Source: Candidatus Latescibacterota bacterium (GTDB lineage: Bacteria; Krumholzibacteriota; Krumholzibacteriia; WVZY01). From it: a DNA stretch of 64,000 nucleotides. The position numbers and the translations under genes were made by a program. Shown here one piece after another: positions 8,580 through 19,164 of this stretch. The notes below the pieces were generated by a model. That model worked only from the letters and a program-made list of their open reading frames with translations. It was not told the origin of the DNA and did not search any database. Every line of letters starts with the position of its first letter. The first letter of the stretch is position 1. The stretch covers positions 1 through 64,000 of the forward strand of contig CAWBQK010000007.1 in the NCBI GenBank assembly GCA_963791045.1, given 5' to 3'.

Positions 8580-9611
8580 TCAGGCCGTTGATTTCTCCGT
8601 TTTTCTAGCGCCGTAAATCTTCGGTTGCGTGAATCGGTCGATCAGAGGTGTTACCGCGTTCATGAGAAGGATCGAGTACATGACGCCTTCGGGCAGCCCG
8701 CCAAACTGACGGATGGTTACGACAAGAATTCCCACGCCCGCGCCGAATATCCAACACCCACGCGGAGTGACCGGCGAAGTGACAGGGTCGGTCGCCATGA
8801 ATATCGCGCCGAGCATCAAGCCGCCGGAGAACAGGTGGAACAGGCCGTCGGGGAAGCGTTCCGGGTTAATCAAGTGAAGGACCGTTGCGAGAACAAAGAC
8901 GGTCACGAATATAGACAGCGGAATTCGCCAGTTAAGAAACTTGCGGATGGCGAGGTACGCCCCGCCGATGAGTATCAACACGGCGCTGGTTTCCCCGAGG
9001 GATCCAGGGATCGAGCCAAAAAGAAGACCGGTAACTTCGGTCGGGATTTGGTCGAATTTCATTTGCGAAAGGGGCGTGGCCGAACTCACCGCGTCGAACT
9101 GGGGTGAGGTGAAGGGAATCGCAAAGGTATCACCCCGAAGCTCGGCGAATCGGCTGAGGTTGCCGAACGGCGCCCATGTGGTAAGCGCCACGGGAAAACA
9201 TGCTTGCAAGAAAGCCCGTCCGGTGAGAGATGGGTTGAACACATTGTGACCGAGGCCACCAAAAATCACTTTGCCAAAAGTGATCGCCGCCGCGCCTCCG
9301 ACAAACGCCATCCACGCGGGGAGTCCCGGGGGCAGGGTCAGCGCGAGGAGTACGCCGGTCAAGATCGCGCTACCATCGGTGATCGTGCTCTTTTCGAACA
9401 CCCGCCGGCCCGTAAAAATCCACTCGGCCGCGATCGCCCCGAGAACACAAGAAACGATGACGAGGAGGCCGCTCAGGCCAAAAAAGTACACGGATGCGCC
9501 GACAACGGGGAGCAGCGCGTAGAGCACGTGGCGCATGATCGCCGGTGTGTCGACGGGACGTTTCACATAGGGTGACGTCGAAAGAACGAGTCGGGGTGCA
9601 TCGCGGTTCAT
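8580..9611 (-). CDS. rnfD: Rnf electron transport complex subunit D
   Basis: FGGLGHNVFNP, flavinylation motif VSSATPL, GSLGETS, FMATDPVTSP, PEGVMYSILLMN. Confidence 0.96.
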   Translation of the reverse strand: MNRDAPRLVLSTSPYVKRPVDTPAIMRHVLYALLPVVGASVYFFGLSGLLVIVSCVLGAIAAEWIFTGRRVFEKSTITDGSAILTGVLLALTLPPGLPAWMAFVGGAAAITFGKVIFGGLGHNVFNPSLTGRAFLQACFPVALTTWAPFGNLSRFAELRGDTFAIPFTSPQFDAVSSATPLSQMKFDQIPTEVTGLLFGSIPGSLGETSAVLILIGGAYLAIRKFLNWRIPLSIFVTVFVLATVLHLINPERFPDGLFHLFSGGLMLGAIFMATDPVTSPVTPRGCWIFGAGVGILVVTIRQFGGLPEGVMYSILLMNAVTPLIDRFTQPKIYGARKTEKSTA

Positions 9612-10990
9612 TTTGCTCCGGCTTTCTCTCCCGCTGCGCGCTCTTCGCGGGCCTTTTCTTCTTTTTCTCTCGCTTGCTTTTCGCGGAGCATCGCCTTTGC
9701 CACTCTGAACCGCTGGACGAGCGGGATGTTTGACGGGCACACATACGAGCACGATCCGCATTCAATGCAATCCATTATATTATAGTCGAGCATGTCCGCG
9801 AAGCGTCCCACGCGGGAGAGCATCCCAAGCTGGCTGGGGTTGAGAAATACGGGGCAAGCGCCGAGGCATGCCGAACACTTGATGCACGGGTACTCGCGCC
9901 GTGACATTACTTCTTTTTCAGTGAGGCAGACGATACCCGACGTGCCTTTCAAGACGGGTACTTCGAGATTATACTGGGGCGTTCCCATCATCGGTCCGCC
10001 GAAGAGGACTTGTCTCGCGTCGTCGGTCAACCCGCCGCAGTAGGAGAGCACATCGTGGAGTTTGGTTCCGATCGGTATAAGAAGCGTCGACGGCGTGTCG
10101 ATGCCCGCGCCCGTCACGGTGACGACCCTCTCTATCAAAGGCTGCCCGAACTCGAAGAGATCTCCCACTCCGGCGACGGTTGCCACGTTTTGGACAACCA
10201 CTTGTACGTCTATTGGCAAGTTGCCCGATGGGACTTCGCGGTCGATAACGGCCGAGATGAGCATCTTCTCGGCGCCCTGCGGATATTTTGTCTGGAGCGG
10301 AATCAACTCGCATGGCAAATCGGCCGGGATTCTGTCTCTCAATATCTTTATGGCGTCCCACTTGTTGGTCTCAACGCCTATAAATGATTTCTCAGATCCG
10401 AGAATCTTCTGAATGACACGGACGCCAAGAAAGATCTGGTCGGCCCACTCGAGCATTACTCGATGGTCGCTCGTCAAATACGGCTCGCACTCACAGCCGT
10501 TGACAAAGAAATATTGAACCCGTTTACCTTCGGGGGGTGCGAGCTTTACATGAGTGGGAAAAGCGGCTCCGCCCAGACCCACAAAACCGCCGTCCTGGAT
10601 TTTTTGAAGGAGTTCTTTGGGGTTGAGGCGCTCCCAATCAATGGGGCGTTCGTCGAAAAGCGTCTGCGGAGAGTGCGGGTCGCTCTCTATCACGATCGAT
10701 TCGACGAGGCGGCCCGAAGGGTGGTGTCTGTTTTCGATGGCGGTAACTTTACCGGTGACCGACGCGTGCAGAGGAACCGATACAAAGCCGTTCGCGGTGG
10801 CGATAACCTGCCCGCGGTATACTTTGTCGCCGACCGACACTGTCGATTCCGAAGGCGCCCCCAGATGCTGGCTAAGGGGCAGGATTACCTCGTCGGGAAC
10901 GGGTATCCGCTCGATTTTCTGACCTTCCGTCAGATGCTTGTGCCCCTCCGGATGAACTCCGTGGCGAAATGTCTTTGTTCGCTCAGTCAT
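9608..10990 (-). CDS. rnfC: Rnf electron transport complex subunit C
   Basis: QHLGAP, GLGGAAFPTHVK, NGCECEPYLTSD, KYPQGAEK, GGPMMG; two 4Fe-4S motifs (CIKCSACLGACP, CIECGSCSYVCP). Confidence 0.97.
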   Translation of the reverse strand: MTERTKTFRHGVHPEGHKHLTEGQKIERIPVPDEVILPLSQHLGAPSESTVSVGDKVYRGQVIATANGFVSVPLHASVTGKVTAIENRHHPSGRLVESIVIESDPHSPQTLFDERPIDWERLNPKELLQKIQDGGFVGLGGAAFPTHVKLAPPEGKRVQYFFVNGCECEPYLTSDHRVMLEWADQIFLGVRVIQKILGSEKSFIGVETNKWDAIKILRDRIPADLPCELIPLQTKYPQGAEKMLISAVIDREVPSGNLPIDVQVVVQNVATVAGVGDLFEFGQPLIERVVTVTGAGIDTPSTLLIPIGTKLHDVLSYCGGLTDDARQVLFGGPMMGTPQYNLEVPVLKGTSGIVCLTEKEVMSRREYPCIKCSACLGACPVFLNPSQLGMLSRVGRFADMLDYNIMDCIECGSCSYVCPSNIPLVQRFRVAKAMLREKQAREKEEKAREERAAGEKAGAK

Positions 10991-13900
10991 CACCGGTCTC
11001 TTTAGTCGGTGTCGTCTGCTTGTTTCGCTCCAGGAACTCTCCTAGTGTCATTCCAAAAAACTCGTTGTCCTGCCCGTACCCACAAAGATGGAGAAGGGTC
11101 TCGGTAAGCCTCTTTTCGACCGTGTGATCGAGTTTTGGTGGCGGAGGCGGTTCGCGAAGTTCGTCGCCGGCTTCGCCGGATTTGTCGTCGGTGTCCGGTT
11201 TGAATTCGGGCATGATCGTTTCCGAGAGCTCGCGGAGGTAATTCCAGAACTCGAGTCCGTCTTCGACCGCGTCGATCAGCGCGGGAGACACGATAGCGAG
11301 AAAATGCATCTGGTTTTCATCGACGATGTCGATATACGGCTCGTAATCGACCCGGTCGGCGTCGTCTATTTCGAGGAACTCGGCGAGGTGTTTCATTTGA
11401 TCGTTGAGATGTCCCCGAGGCACGACTTTGAAGTGCCGCTGGAAACGCGCCTCCCGGAAGGCCCAGTCCGCCATGGTGAGAGCCGGCGCGATCGATTTCT
11501 CATACCCCGCCGGATCCTTTATCATTACATCCTGACTCGTCCAGTTCCTGTCCGGATCCGGGTTGCCCTCGAGCGACAACATCGCGTCCTCGCGGTCGGG
11601 ATCGAGTTTGAACAGCGGGAACGCTCGGCTCTCATACGCCACCCGCGCCTGGTCGATAACGTGCTCGGGCGCGACGCCGCTGGTCTGCGGATCGGGCGCG
11701 AAAATATGAAAAAGCGAGGGGCGCCGTTGCCGCAATCCCTCGGAGACACCCTGGATCAGGTGACCGGGATTGCCAACACTGGTTTGAAGAACATACACAT
11801 CTCGTTGTGACAAAAGAAGATACCCGAGGTTGTTCTCGGCCTGGACGCCGGCGAGATGCCCCATGTCGGTGTCGGGCTCCCCTGAGTCGTCGTCTTTTAT
11901 CGTCACAGCCTGCGTGTTAATAACCACAACACGTATCGGGTGATCGCTCGTCAAGAGACGGCCGATCTCCTCGCAATTGGTCGATCCGCTGTGCGTAATC
12001 ACAATGACCGGCGGGAGGAGATTTCTTTCGGCGTCGCTCAAACTGGTCTGGTTGAAGTTTTCAAAGAACTCGTCGTGTTCGTACGGGTCGTATTTGTCCG
12101 CGGCTTCGAGTTCCGCCTGACGGCAGAGTTTGAATTCCTCGACCATCTGCCGCGCGATTCCTTCGAAAACACCCTCGGCGAGCGCCGGCGCGTCACCGGG
12201 AAGGTGGCTGACCCATGGATGTTGATGCGGGTTGTACGGATAGGTTCCACTCCAGTAAGCCGTGCCGCCCGGGTCGACGGTAATCGCCATGCGTGCGCGA
12301 CCGGTTCCGCTTCCGCCTTCGAGATAGAGCCGGCGCTGTTCCTTGAGCTGGCCAAGAAGGCCGGTCAAGCGGGCGAGCTGATCCTTGTCGACATCTCGTG
12401 TGTCGTTGTCATCGTCAATCAGCCTGGCGAGCGATTCGGCTGAGAAGCCTTCGCGGCGAACCCGCGACAGTTGCTGTCCGAATCTCTCAAAGTCGTTGAT
12501 TTGAAGTGCCCGCGCGACCTTGCCCTGTATCCTTTGTTCGAGCTCTTCAATCAATGTGTCGAGACGCTTGACGTGCGCGTCGAATCTCGGGCGCATAACC
12601 GATTCGACCGTTGCCGTGACGAGGTGGATCGCCGTTTTTACGCTGTTCCCGGGGAATGCCGCATCGCCGCCGACCATCGAGTGGTACGCCGTCTTGTTGA
12701 GAAGCCTGTAGACATTCTCATCCGGATCTTCTTTTGAAATCGATTTCTCAATTTCTTCACTCGACACTTCTGGAAGCGACATCTGGAAATCCCAGATGTG
12801 GCTGTTCTTTTTGAGAAGTTCGGGTGTCTGGTCGATCCAGGTGTAAGCGTCGTTCGGGCACACTTCGATACAGAGTCCGCATCCGGTGCAGCTCAGTGGG
12901 TTGTGCGCTATCGACAAAAGCCCGCCGCTTCCTTTGGTGTCTTTGTGCGGTGTATTGAAGAACCTGTCGGTCTTGCTCACCGGGTGGTGTTCCACAAGCC
13001 GGTGAATCGGTTCGAATTCCTTTGTGAGCGCCTCGAGCTTCTCACCTTCGAGACCCATCTTATCGGTGAGCCTTGAGAACGCCTCTTTGAGGACCGCTCC
13101 CAATTCGTGGTACTGACCGAGTTCGTCCTTGAGAATCAGAGTGTAAGCCTGTTTGGCAAGATGCTCGGCGGCGCGTTGCATCTGGACCATTGGGGTCCCG
13201 TTCTCTTCGCAGTGTTTCATTGCCGTCTGTAAAAGCGCCGGTATACTCTGAAGCGAAGGGGGAAGCGCCGAGTCGGGGCAGAGCGACCAGCACAGTCCGC
13301 ACCCTTCACAGCTCGTCGGATTCCACAGAGGTATCCGGAGCCGATAAGGCGACATGTCGCGAAACGCGCTGCTCCCCGCGGGCATTATTCCCGTCGCGAG
13401 ATACGGATCGGTTATCGTTTCATCCTGCTCGCCCGCGTTGTAGAGATATCCCACCGAATGCCAGAAACGGTTCACGTCGAACACGGTGTGATCGTGCTGG
13501 TCGACCTGTTGGACCGTCCATGGGGCCTGCGATTCGGTCGGCATGGGACGCCGGTCCTTGTCGAGCGCCTCCCAGTCGAGAAGCGTAAGTTCGTCGGTTC
13601 CGCGCATGACACAATTCGAGATATCCTCAATGAGGTAGTGCGACGGTCCGAAGATGTGGGAAAGGCGTTTGCCAAAATGTTCGAGAAACGTTTTTAGATC
13701 GTCGTCCGATACGAGTTCGCCGACCTTGAGATACGCGCCGAAGAGCGCCCAGATGACAAGCTGATCCACAAACGATGGACGCGAAGCTGTCTCCGAGGCG
13801 ATCTTTCGAGAATCGATCGTGTAGATCCGGATGTCGTGCTTGCGAATCCAGCCGATCGTTCGATTGGAAAGTGACTGCCAGAAATCCTCGGGACTCCGGT

Positions 13901-15662
13901 TGGATTCGATAATAAGGGTCGCCTGGTTTTTTGGCCGGACCCGCGACGGCAGATCCTCTATCAGCCGATCGCCTGAGACGAGAATCATGTCGAGAAGATC
14001 GGGTTTGTTCTTGAGCGGTTCGTCTTCTTTGGCGTGTACGATTGTAAACGTCACCGGCTGGATCGTTGGTTCGAGGCCTCCCACGGGGAATGTTTTGATC
14101 GTCCAGTTGAGCGCGTTGGCCAGTGTCTGGGCGAACAGGTTTCCCGCGAAAATGCCTCCCTGGACGGCGAGCGAATGAAGCTGGATGGCGTATCCTGGCA
14201 GTTCGATACCCTCTGCATCCGGGGCCTCGGCGACGCTCAAATCGTCGAGATCGGGGTACGCCCTGTCGAGCCTCTGTTTCAGTGACTCGAGATGGGGAAA
14301 CCGCCGGTCGGGCGCGTCGAAAACACCGCCGACGTAATAATTCCGTTTGTTCGATCCTCCCTCGAGCATATTGCGAAAGACCGCCGCGAGATCACCGAAC
14401 GAGGGAAGTACGCCGCCGACGCCAAAAGCACCGGAGAATATTCGCGGGCGGTCGCCGGGTCGCTGGTAGCTGTTATACCCGGGATATGGGCTGGCGCCTT
14501 CTCCGGCGGCTCCGTTTTCGATCGCCTTCGAAATGGCCGAACGTATTTCTTTTGTGATTGGAAGGTCCTCGGCCAGGGGCTGGTCCGTCCGCTCGAGAAT
14601 CGTGACGGCGCGTTTGCCCTTCAACATCTGTGTGATTTCGGCGCCGGGGAATGGGCGGTACATCCTTAAACCCACCACACCCGCCTTTATTTTTTCCGTG
14701 GAGCGAAGGTAATCGACAACAGTTTCGAGCTCGTCGAGGATCGCCCCCTGTGCGACGACAACCACGTCGGCGTCTTCGACCCGATACCCGGACACTTTGT
14801 GATACACACGCCCGGTGAGTTTGGCGAAATCGCTCATCGCGAGATCAACGATGCCGCCGATGTGGTCGAGAAAGAACGGCCGTTGGGCGGCAACCGCGCG
14901 GTAATAGCTTTCATGATCCTGTGTGCCGCCGACTCCAACCGGCCTGTCGCGATCGACAAGCACGGGAATTCTCCGTCTTTTTTCGCCAAAGAGAAAGGTC
15001 TGGGAAGGGGTCGGGCATGGAATCATATCTTCGGGGCGGCCAAGGTAGCGCGCCACGAGTCCGCGTTCGGGCAGGCGAACCGTCTGGACGGAATGCGTGG
15101 TTCTGTAGAAGTCCTGGGCGCATATGCCCGGGGTCAACGCTTGCTCGGCGATCCTATGCGCGATAAGCGTTAGATCGGCCGTCTCCTGCGCGTTTTGGGC
15201 AAAGAGCTGAAAACACCCCGCATCGGCCACTCTATAATAATCATCGTGGCTGCCGTGGAGCGCCCCCGCCTGACGTTGTAGCGCGCGGCATGTGAGATTC
15301 ACCACATATGTAAGACGTTTGCCAGCGGCGGAGGAGAGCGCCTCGTGGGTGGCGTTGAGATTGTTCGTGAGCCCCGCCACGCGGAGCCCCACCTGGGCGT
15401 ACCCCGCGAGCTGGCCGAGCATCGGCCTGAGATGTTTGATCTGCCGGACTGTGACCGGCTGGTCGGAGATCGTTTCGTGGCCGGGCGGCGCGAGATTGCG
15501 CATGGGGCCGGTGATCTCCGCCAACTCGGGCACCGCACGTATGAGAACGGCCTCGCTGGCCATATTCTCAACTGTGAAGACCGCGGCGTGACCGTCAAGG
15601 GCGTGTTTTTGCCCCGGGAAATTGAAGCTTTCTGTCCTTGTTTTTGTTTTGCGAAACCACAT
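10983..15662 (-). CDS. Large PFOR/NifJ-like protein with degenerate catalytic motifs and two intact ferredoxin motifs
   Basis: Colinear with single-chain PFOR (HGSHDDY, FAQNAQETADLTLIAHRIAE, RMYRPFP, TILERTD, MPAGSSAFRD, AYESRAFPLF). Retains CEGCGLCWSLCP and CTGCGLCIEVCP but lacks YPITP, GDG and the proximal-cluster cysteines. Confidence 0.88.
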   Translation of the reverse strand: MWFRKTKTRTESFNFPGQKHALDGHAAVFTVENMASEAVLIRAVPELAEITGPMRNLAPPGHETISDQPVTVRQIKHLRPMLGQLAGYAQVGLRVAGLTNNLNATHEALSSAAGKRLTYVVNLTCRALQRQAGALHGSHDDYYRVADAGCFQLFAQNAQETADLTLIAHRIAEQALTPGICAQDFYRTTHSVQTVRLPERGLVARYLGRPEDMIPCPTPSQTFLFGEKRRRIPVLVDRDRPVGVGGTQDHESYYRAVAAQRPFFLDHIGGIVDLAMSDFAKLTGRVYHKVSGYRVEDADVVVVAQGAILDELETVVDYLRSTEKIKAGVVGLRMYRPFPGAEITQMLKGKRAVTILERTDQPLAEDLPITKEIRSAISKAIENGAAGEGASPYPGYNSYQRPGDRPRIFSGAFGVGGVLPSFGDLAAVFRNMLEGGSNKRNYYVGGVFDAPDRRFPHLESLKQRLDRAYPDLDDLSVAEAPDAEGIELPGYAIQLHSLAVQGGIFAGNLFAQTLANALNWTIKTFPVGGLEPTIQPVTFTIVHAKEDEPLKNKPDLLDMILVSGDRLIEDLPSRVRPKNQATLIIESNRSPEDFWQSLSNRTIGWIRKHDIRIYTIDSRKIASETASRPSFVDQLVIWALFGAYLKVGELVSDDDLKTFLEHFGKRLSHIFGPSHYLIEDISNCVMRGTDELTLLDWEALDKDRRPMPTESQAPWTVQQVDQHDHTVFDVNRFWHSVGYLYNAGEQDETITDPYLATGIMPAGSSAFRDMSPYRLRIPLWNPTSCEGCGLCWSLCPDSALPPSLQSIPALLQTAMKHCEENGTPMVQMQRAAEHLAKQAYTLILKDELGQYHELGAVLKEAFSRLTDKMGLEGEKLEALTKEFEPIHRLVEHHPVSKTDRFFNTPHKDTKGSGGLLSIAHNPLSCTGCGLCIEVCPNDAYTWIDQTPELLKKNSHIWDFQMSLPEVSSEEIEKSISKEDPDENVYRLLNKTAYHSMVGGDAAFPGNSVKTAIHLVTATVESVMRPRFDAHVKRLDTLIEELEQRIQGKVARALQINDFERFGQQLSRVRREGFSAESLARLIDDDNDTRDVDKDQLARLTGLLGQLKEQRRLYLEGGSGTGRARMAITVDPGGTAYWSGTYPYNPHQHPWVSHLPGDAPALAEGVFEGIARQMVEEFKLCRQAELEAADKYDPYEHDEFFENFNQTSLSDAERNLLPPVIVITHSGSTNCEEIGRLLTSDHPIRVVVINTQAVTIKDDDSGEPDTDMGHLAGVQAENNLGYLLLSQRDVYVLQTSVGNPGHLIQGVSEGLRQRRPSLFHIFAPDPQTSGVAPEHVIDQARVAYESRAFPLFKLDPDREDAMLSLEGNPDPDRNWTSQDVMIKDPAGYEKSIAPALTMADWAFREARFQRHFKVVPRGHLNDQMKHLAEFLEIDDADRVDYEPYIDIVDENQMHFLAIVSPALIDAVEDGLEFWNYLRELSETIMPEFKPDTDDKSGEAGDELREPPPPPKLDHTVEKRLTETLLHLCGYGQDNEFFGMTLGEFLERNKQTTPTKETGDD

Positions 15663-15692
15663 CAGAGAATATCAATCGGTTCGGTCGGTGGT

Positions 15693-16534
15693 TCAGGTTT
15701 GCCCGCTTTCCGGGGTGTTTTTGAACTGTTGTCCGTCCACCCACGCGATCGCGCCCGTCGGACACCGCCGGATAACATCCGGCGATTCCATGTGGAGCAT
15801 ATCGGTGTTAACGGCAGGAAGGTTGTTTTTCATCCTGACAAGCCCTGGGGAGAATCGGCCACGCATTTGCCGCAGGCCGTGCAAGCTACCTTGCAAAGAT
15901 CGAGTACCTTGTCTCCCTCGAGTTCGGATTTACATTGAACGAGAACATGCTGTCTTGCGGGAACAAGTTCGATGATGCCCTTCGGGCAAATCCTCACACA
16001 GTCCCCACACGCCGTACACTTGTCAAAGTCGATTATCGGGAGCCCGGTCGGGCCCATGGTGATCGCGTCAAAATCACAAACCACCTGGCAGTCGCCAAAT
16101 CCGAGGCAGCCGTAACGGCATCCTTTGACCGCCTCCGCCGCCGCGACCGCCGCCCGGCAAGAAGGGAAGCCCTTGTATTCGGCCATCTGGATGGCGACGT
16201 TAGTGCCGCCCCGCGCAATGGAGACGTGCGATCTTGCGATCGAGCGTGCCCGCGTCGACGCCAAGAAAATCCGCCACCTCCGCCGCCGTTTCGGCTCCTC
16301 CGACCGTGCATTGGCTGGGCTGGATTTCTCCTGCGACCGCTTTTTCGGCGAACATCCGGCAACCGGGGAGTCCGCACGCGCCGCAGTTTGTGTTGGGGAG
16401 CATGTCGAAGACATCGTCGATTCTCGGGTCTTCGAACACTTTGAGTTTGCGTTCGCCACGGCGAGCACGACGGCCAGCACGCTCGCAAGACCCAGCAAAA
16501 ATCCGATGGCTATGACGTTTTGCATTTCTGTCAC
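15693..16534 (-). CDS. rnfB: Rnf electron transport complex subunit B (about 3 indels)
   Basis: N-terminal TM, then in alternating frames VFEDPRIDDVFDMLPNTNCGACGLPGC, CRYGCLGFGDCQVVCDFDAI, CTACGDCVRICP, CKVACTACGKC, RRCPTGAI. Confidence 0.9.
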
Positions 16535-19164
16535 TAGTTGAATTTGGCCGCGCGTTGGACGAGATCGTCCAGGCCCGTTTCATCGGGATTCCCCGGTTTC
16601 CCCGGGTGGATAATGTGCACGGGGCATTTCTCCGCGGCGGTTACCAGCTCGCGGAACGTTCCGGCCGAGGCGTCCTTGACAAACGCCTGTTTGTTTTCGT
16701 TGTAGGCGAACATTTTACCGTTGAGGTTCGTGCACTCGTTGCACGTAGTACACAGAGGCGTGTCGATATAGGGTTCATCGAACGAAATCGCCTCGTCCTC
16801 TTCTTCTTCGGTTTCGACTTCCGGGGCGGCCGGCGCATCCGTTGTGTCCGTCGAGTCGGTCGATGGCGCGGGAGCCGGAGTCGTCGGCGCCAACGGGGCG
16901 TCCATTCCGATTCCGCCTCCGTAGACGATTTGATTGACGATCCGCTGGACCACCTCGCGTGTCAGCTCGCCGATATTGCGTCCAAGCTGCGAATCGAATT
17001 TCTTCTTAATGGCGTCGACTTCTGTTTGCTTGTTGTCTTCCAGCTTTTGCTTCTCGCCTGAAAGCGCGTCGTCGACAAACGAATTGTTAACACCGCCGTT
17101 TTCCTGGATGTTCCGCCAGAAAGAGCCGCACGACTCAACCGCGCCGAGAACGGCCCTGGTCACGACGATTCGGCTGATCCGCCCGTCCGTCCCAACGCCG
17201 GCGATATACGGAATCCTGGTCTCGGCCGTATCCGCGTCCAGCTTGAGGTACTCGTCGACCGGGATCATGTCCTTGTGCCATTTGTCGGCCGGCACGCGCC
17301 AAAAGTGTTGCGAGAGACGAATGTCGCCGAAGAGAAAATCGGCCGGCGTGAACGCAAGGTCGATCGATTTCTCGTCTCCATTCGCGTTCTGGTACGAAAA
17401 CGCGTCAACGGACCACTCGTGGTCGATTCGAGGGTTGTCGGAGACGCTTGTACGGTCGTAAAGCGTACGCCCTTTGCCGGGGTCGTATGTGAATACGGGG
17501 AACACCCGGGACTCGGTCGCCGTCGCCCCGCAGTGGAACGTGGTGAGCCCCGGTTGGTCATCCCGGTTTCCTTCGAAAACGCAAAAAACCGCCGGACCAG
17601 AATAACTGAGACCCTCCATGAGACTTTTCTGAAGAAGCGGTGCATTGGAAACGGGGCACTGAAGCACGTAAATGTCGTCGAGCGCCATCACCATTTTTGC
17701 CAGCCGCGTTTGCCAGCCAAAAATGATGTCCGCACTTTCGCTCGTGCGCTCGGAATCCAGAAGGCTGTCGAGTTGAACGAGAATCTTGACGGGGATTTCC
17801 GACGCAAGTACATCGAAGAGCTGACCCTTGTCGCGATTTGCAAAGAACTCGCCTGTCAACACGAGAAGGATCGGCGGACAGAGTTCGACCTCGGTCGAAG
17901 TCAAATGCGCGAGATCGAAATGATCGAAAAACGCGTCGTGAATCTGTTCGTGGTAACGGTTCGCCACTTCCAGCCGGGCAATTTCGACCGCTTTGAAGAA
18001 TTCGACGAGCGTCTTCATCTGTTCATTGTAGCGGGTGAACACCGCGGCGCAGTCATTCTCGATGATCTCGATTTGGAGGGGTTGATTCGTTTTCTTGGAT
18101 TTTCCTTTGTGCGAAGTCACCTTCGTTATGTCGAAGAGCGGTTTGATGCGGTCGATAACCTCCAGCGCGCCGGTGATCCGCTTGCGCCTTGATTCAGGGA
18201 TCGGATCGCCGAGGTCGCTCTCTTTGAGAATCGAGGACATCGCTTGGAAATCGAGTTCTTCTTCATCGCCGGACCCCACGGACGCCTTGAGATGTTCCGG
18301 GCTCTTGGCCTCGGGAGAGTGTATGAAATCGGCGGCGAGGATTTCCCGGAGCTCGAAAATCAGCATATCGAGATCCTGGCGCCACGCCGTGCAGTGCTTT
18401 CTCCACTGGAGCTGTACGGCGGCTTCGAAGAGCCGGCGAGACGTCGTCTTGTCGCAGACGAGAACCTCACCGTCGGAGCGGAGTGCACCGCGTGCGACAT
18501 TCATGTCCTGCTTCAACATCTGCTTTTCGTCGACGACGAGACGGGTTGCCGCGACGATGTCGTCGGCCGCCTGGTTCCACAAGATGGAAAGACCCGTGCC
18601 CGGCTTTTTCTCGGCAAGTTCTTTTACCTTCGCCTCGAGTTGATAGAGGTGCCTCGTCAATCTCTGGCCTTCGTCGCTCGAGTCCGCGACGGCGGAAATA
18701 ACCTCGTCGACGATCGCGGTCAGGGTCTTCGCCGGCGTCTCCCTGTCGCCTCCGGTCAGGCACAGCGGGTAGTCGTAACGAATATTCGAAAGGTCTTTGA
18801 AGCGTGCAATCAGGGCCGGGGTCGGCCACGACTCTGATGCGTGCGTGACCGGCTCCGAGCCGACATTCCCGTACAGACAAAAACGCCGCAGTTCGGCGAA
18901 AGTGGCGTCGGCTTCATGGCCGTCGTCCTCTCCTTGCTCGGCGTCTCCGGGCGTTTCCGTTTCCCACGCGAGTGCGGGTTCAACGGGAAGCCGCGACGGT
19001 GCGGAAGTTGTATCTGCGCCCGCCGCGGTTGAGTCTGTATTTTCCGTCAGCTGTTCTGTTTGATTCGCCGGATTGCTGTCTTCACTTTTTGCCGGTTCCG
19101 GATCCTTCACCGTTCCCACTCTTAACCACCTCGGCGGCATCCGTCTGGATACCGAATTTGTCAA
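16534..19164 (-). CDS. Degenerate PFOR beta-like domain protein with C-terminal ferredoxin (start uncertain)
   Basis: CPPILLV...LASEIPVKILV...YVLQ...GLSYSGPAVF...ATESRVFPVFTYDP parallels the C-terminal domain of the 1559-aa protein; acidic Pro/Thr linker; C-terminal CTTCNEC...AEKCP. Confidence 0.8.
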   Translation of the reverse strand: MTNSVSRRMPPRWLRVGTVKDPEPAKSEDSNPANQTEQLTENTDSTAAGADTTSAPSRLPVEPALAWETETPGDAEQGEDDGHEADATFAELRRFCLYGNVGSEPVTHASESWPTPALIARFKDLSNIRYDYPLCLTGGDRETPAKTLTAIVDEVISAVADSSDEGQRLTRHLYQLEAKVKELAEKKPGTGLSILWNQAADDIVAATRLVVDEKQMLKQDMNVARGALRSDGEVLVCDKTTSRRLFEAAVQLQWRKHCTAWRQDLDMLIFELREILAADFIHSPEAKSPEHLKASVGSGDEEELDFQAMSSILKESDLGDPIPESRRKRITGALEVIDRIKPLFDITKVTSHKGKSKKTNQPLQIEIIENDCAAVFTRYNEQMKTLVEFFKAVEIARLEVANRYHEQIHDAFFDHFDLAHLTSTEVELCPPILLVLTGEFFANRDKGQLFDVLASEIPVKILVQLDSLLDSERTSESADIIFGWQTRLAKMVMALDDIYVLQCPVSNAPLLQKSLMEGLSYSGPAVFCVFEGNRDDQPGLTTFHCGATATESRVFPVFTYDPGKGRTLYDRTSVSDNPRIDHEWSVDAFSYQNANGDEKSIDLAFTPADFLFGDIRLSQHFWRVPADKWHKDMIPVDEYLKLDADTAETRIPYIAGVGTDGRISRIVVTRAVLGAVESCGSFWRNIQENGGVNNSFVDDALSGEKQKLEDNKQTEVDAIKKKFDSQLGRNIGELTREVVQRIVNQIVYGGGIGMDAPLAPTTPAPAPSTDSTDTTDAPAAPEVETEEEEDEAISFDEPYIDTPLCTTCNECTNLNGKMFAYNENKQAFVKDASAGTFRELVTAAEKCPVHIIHPGKPGNPDETGLDDLVQRAAKFN

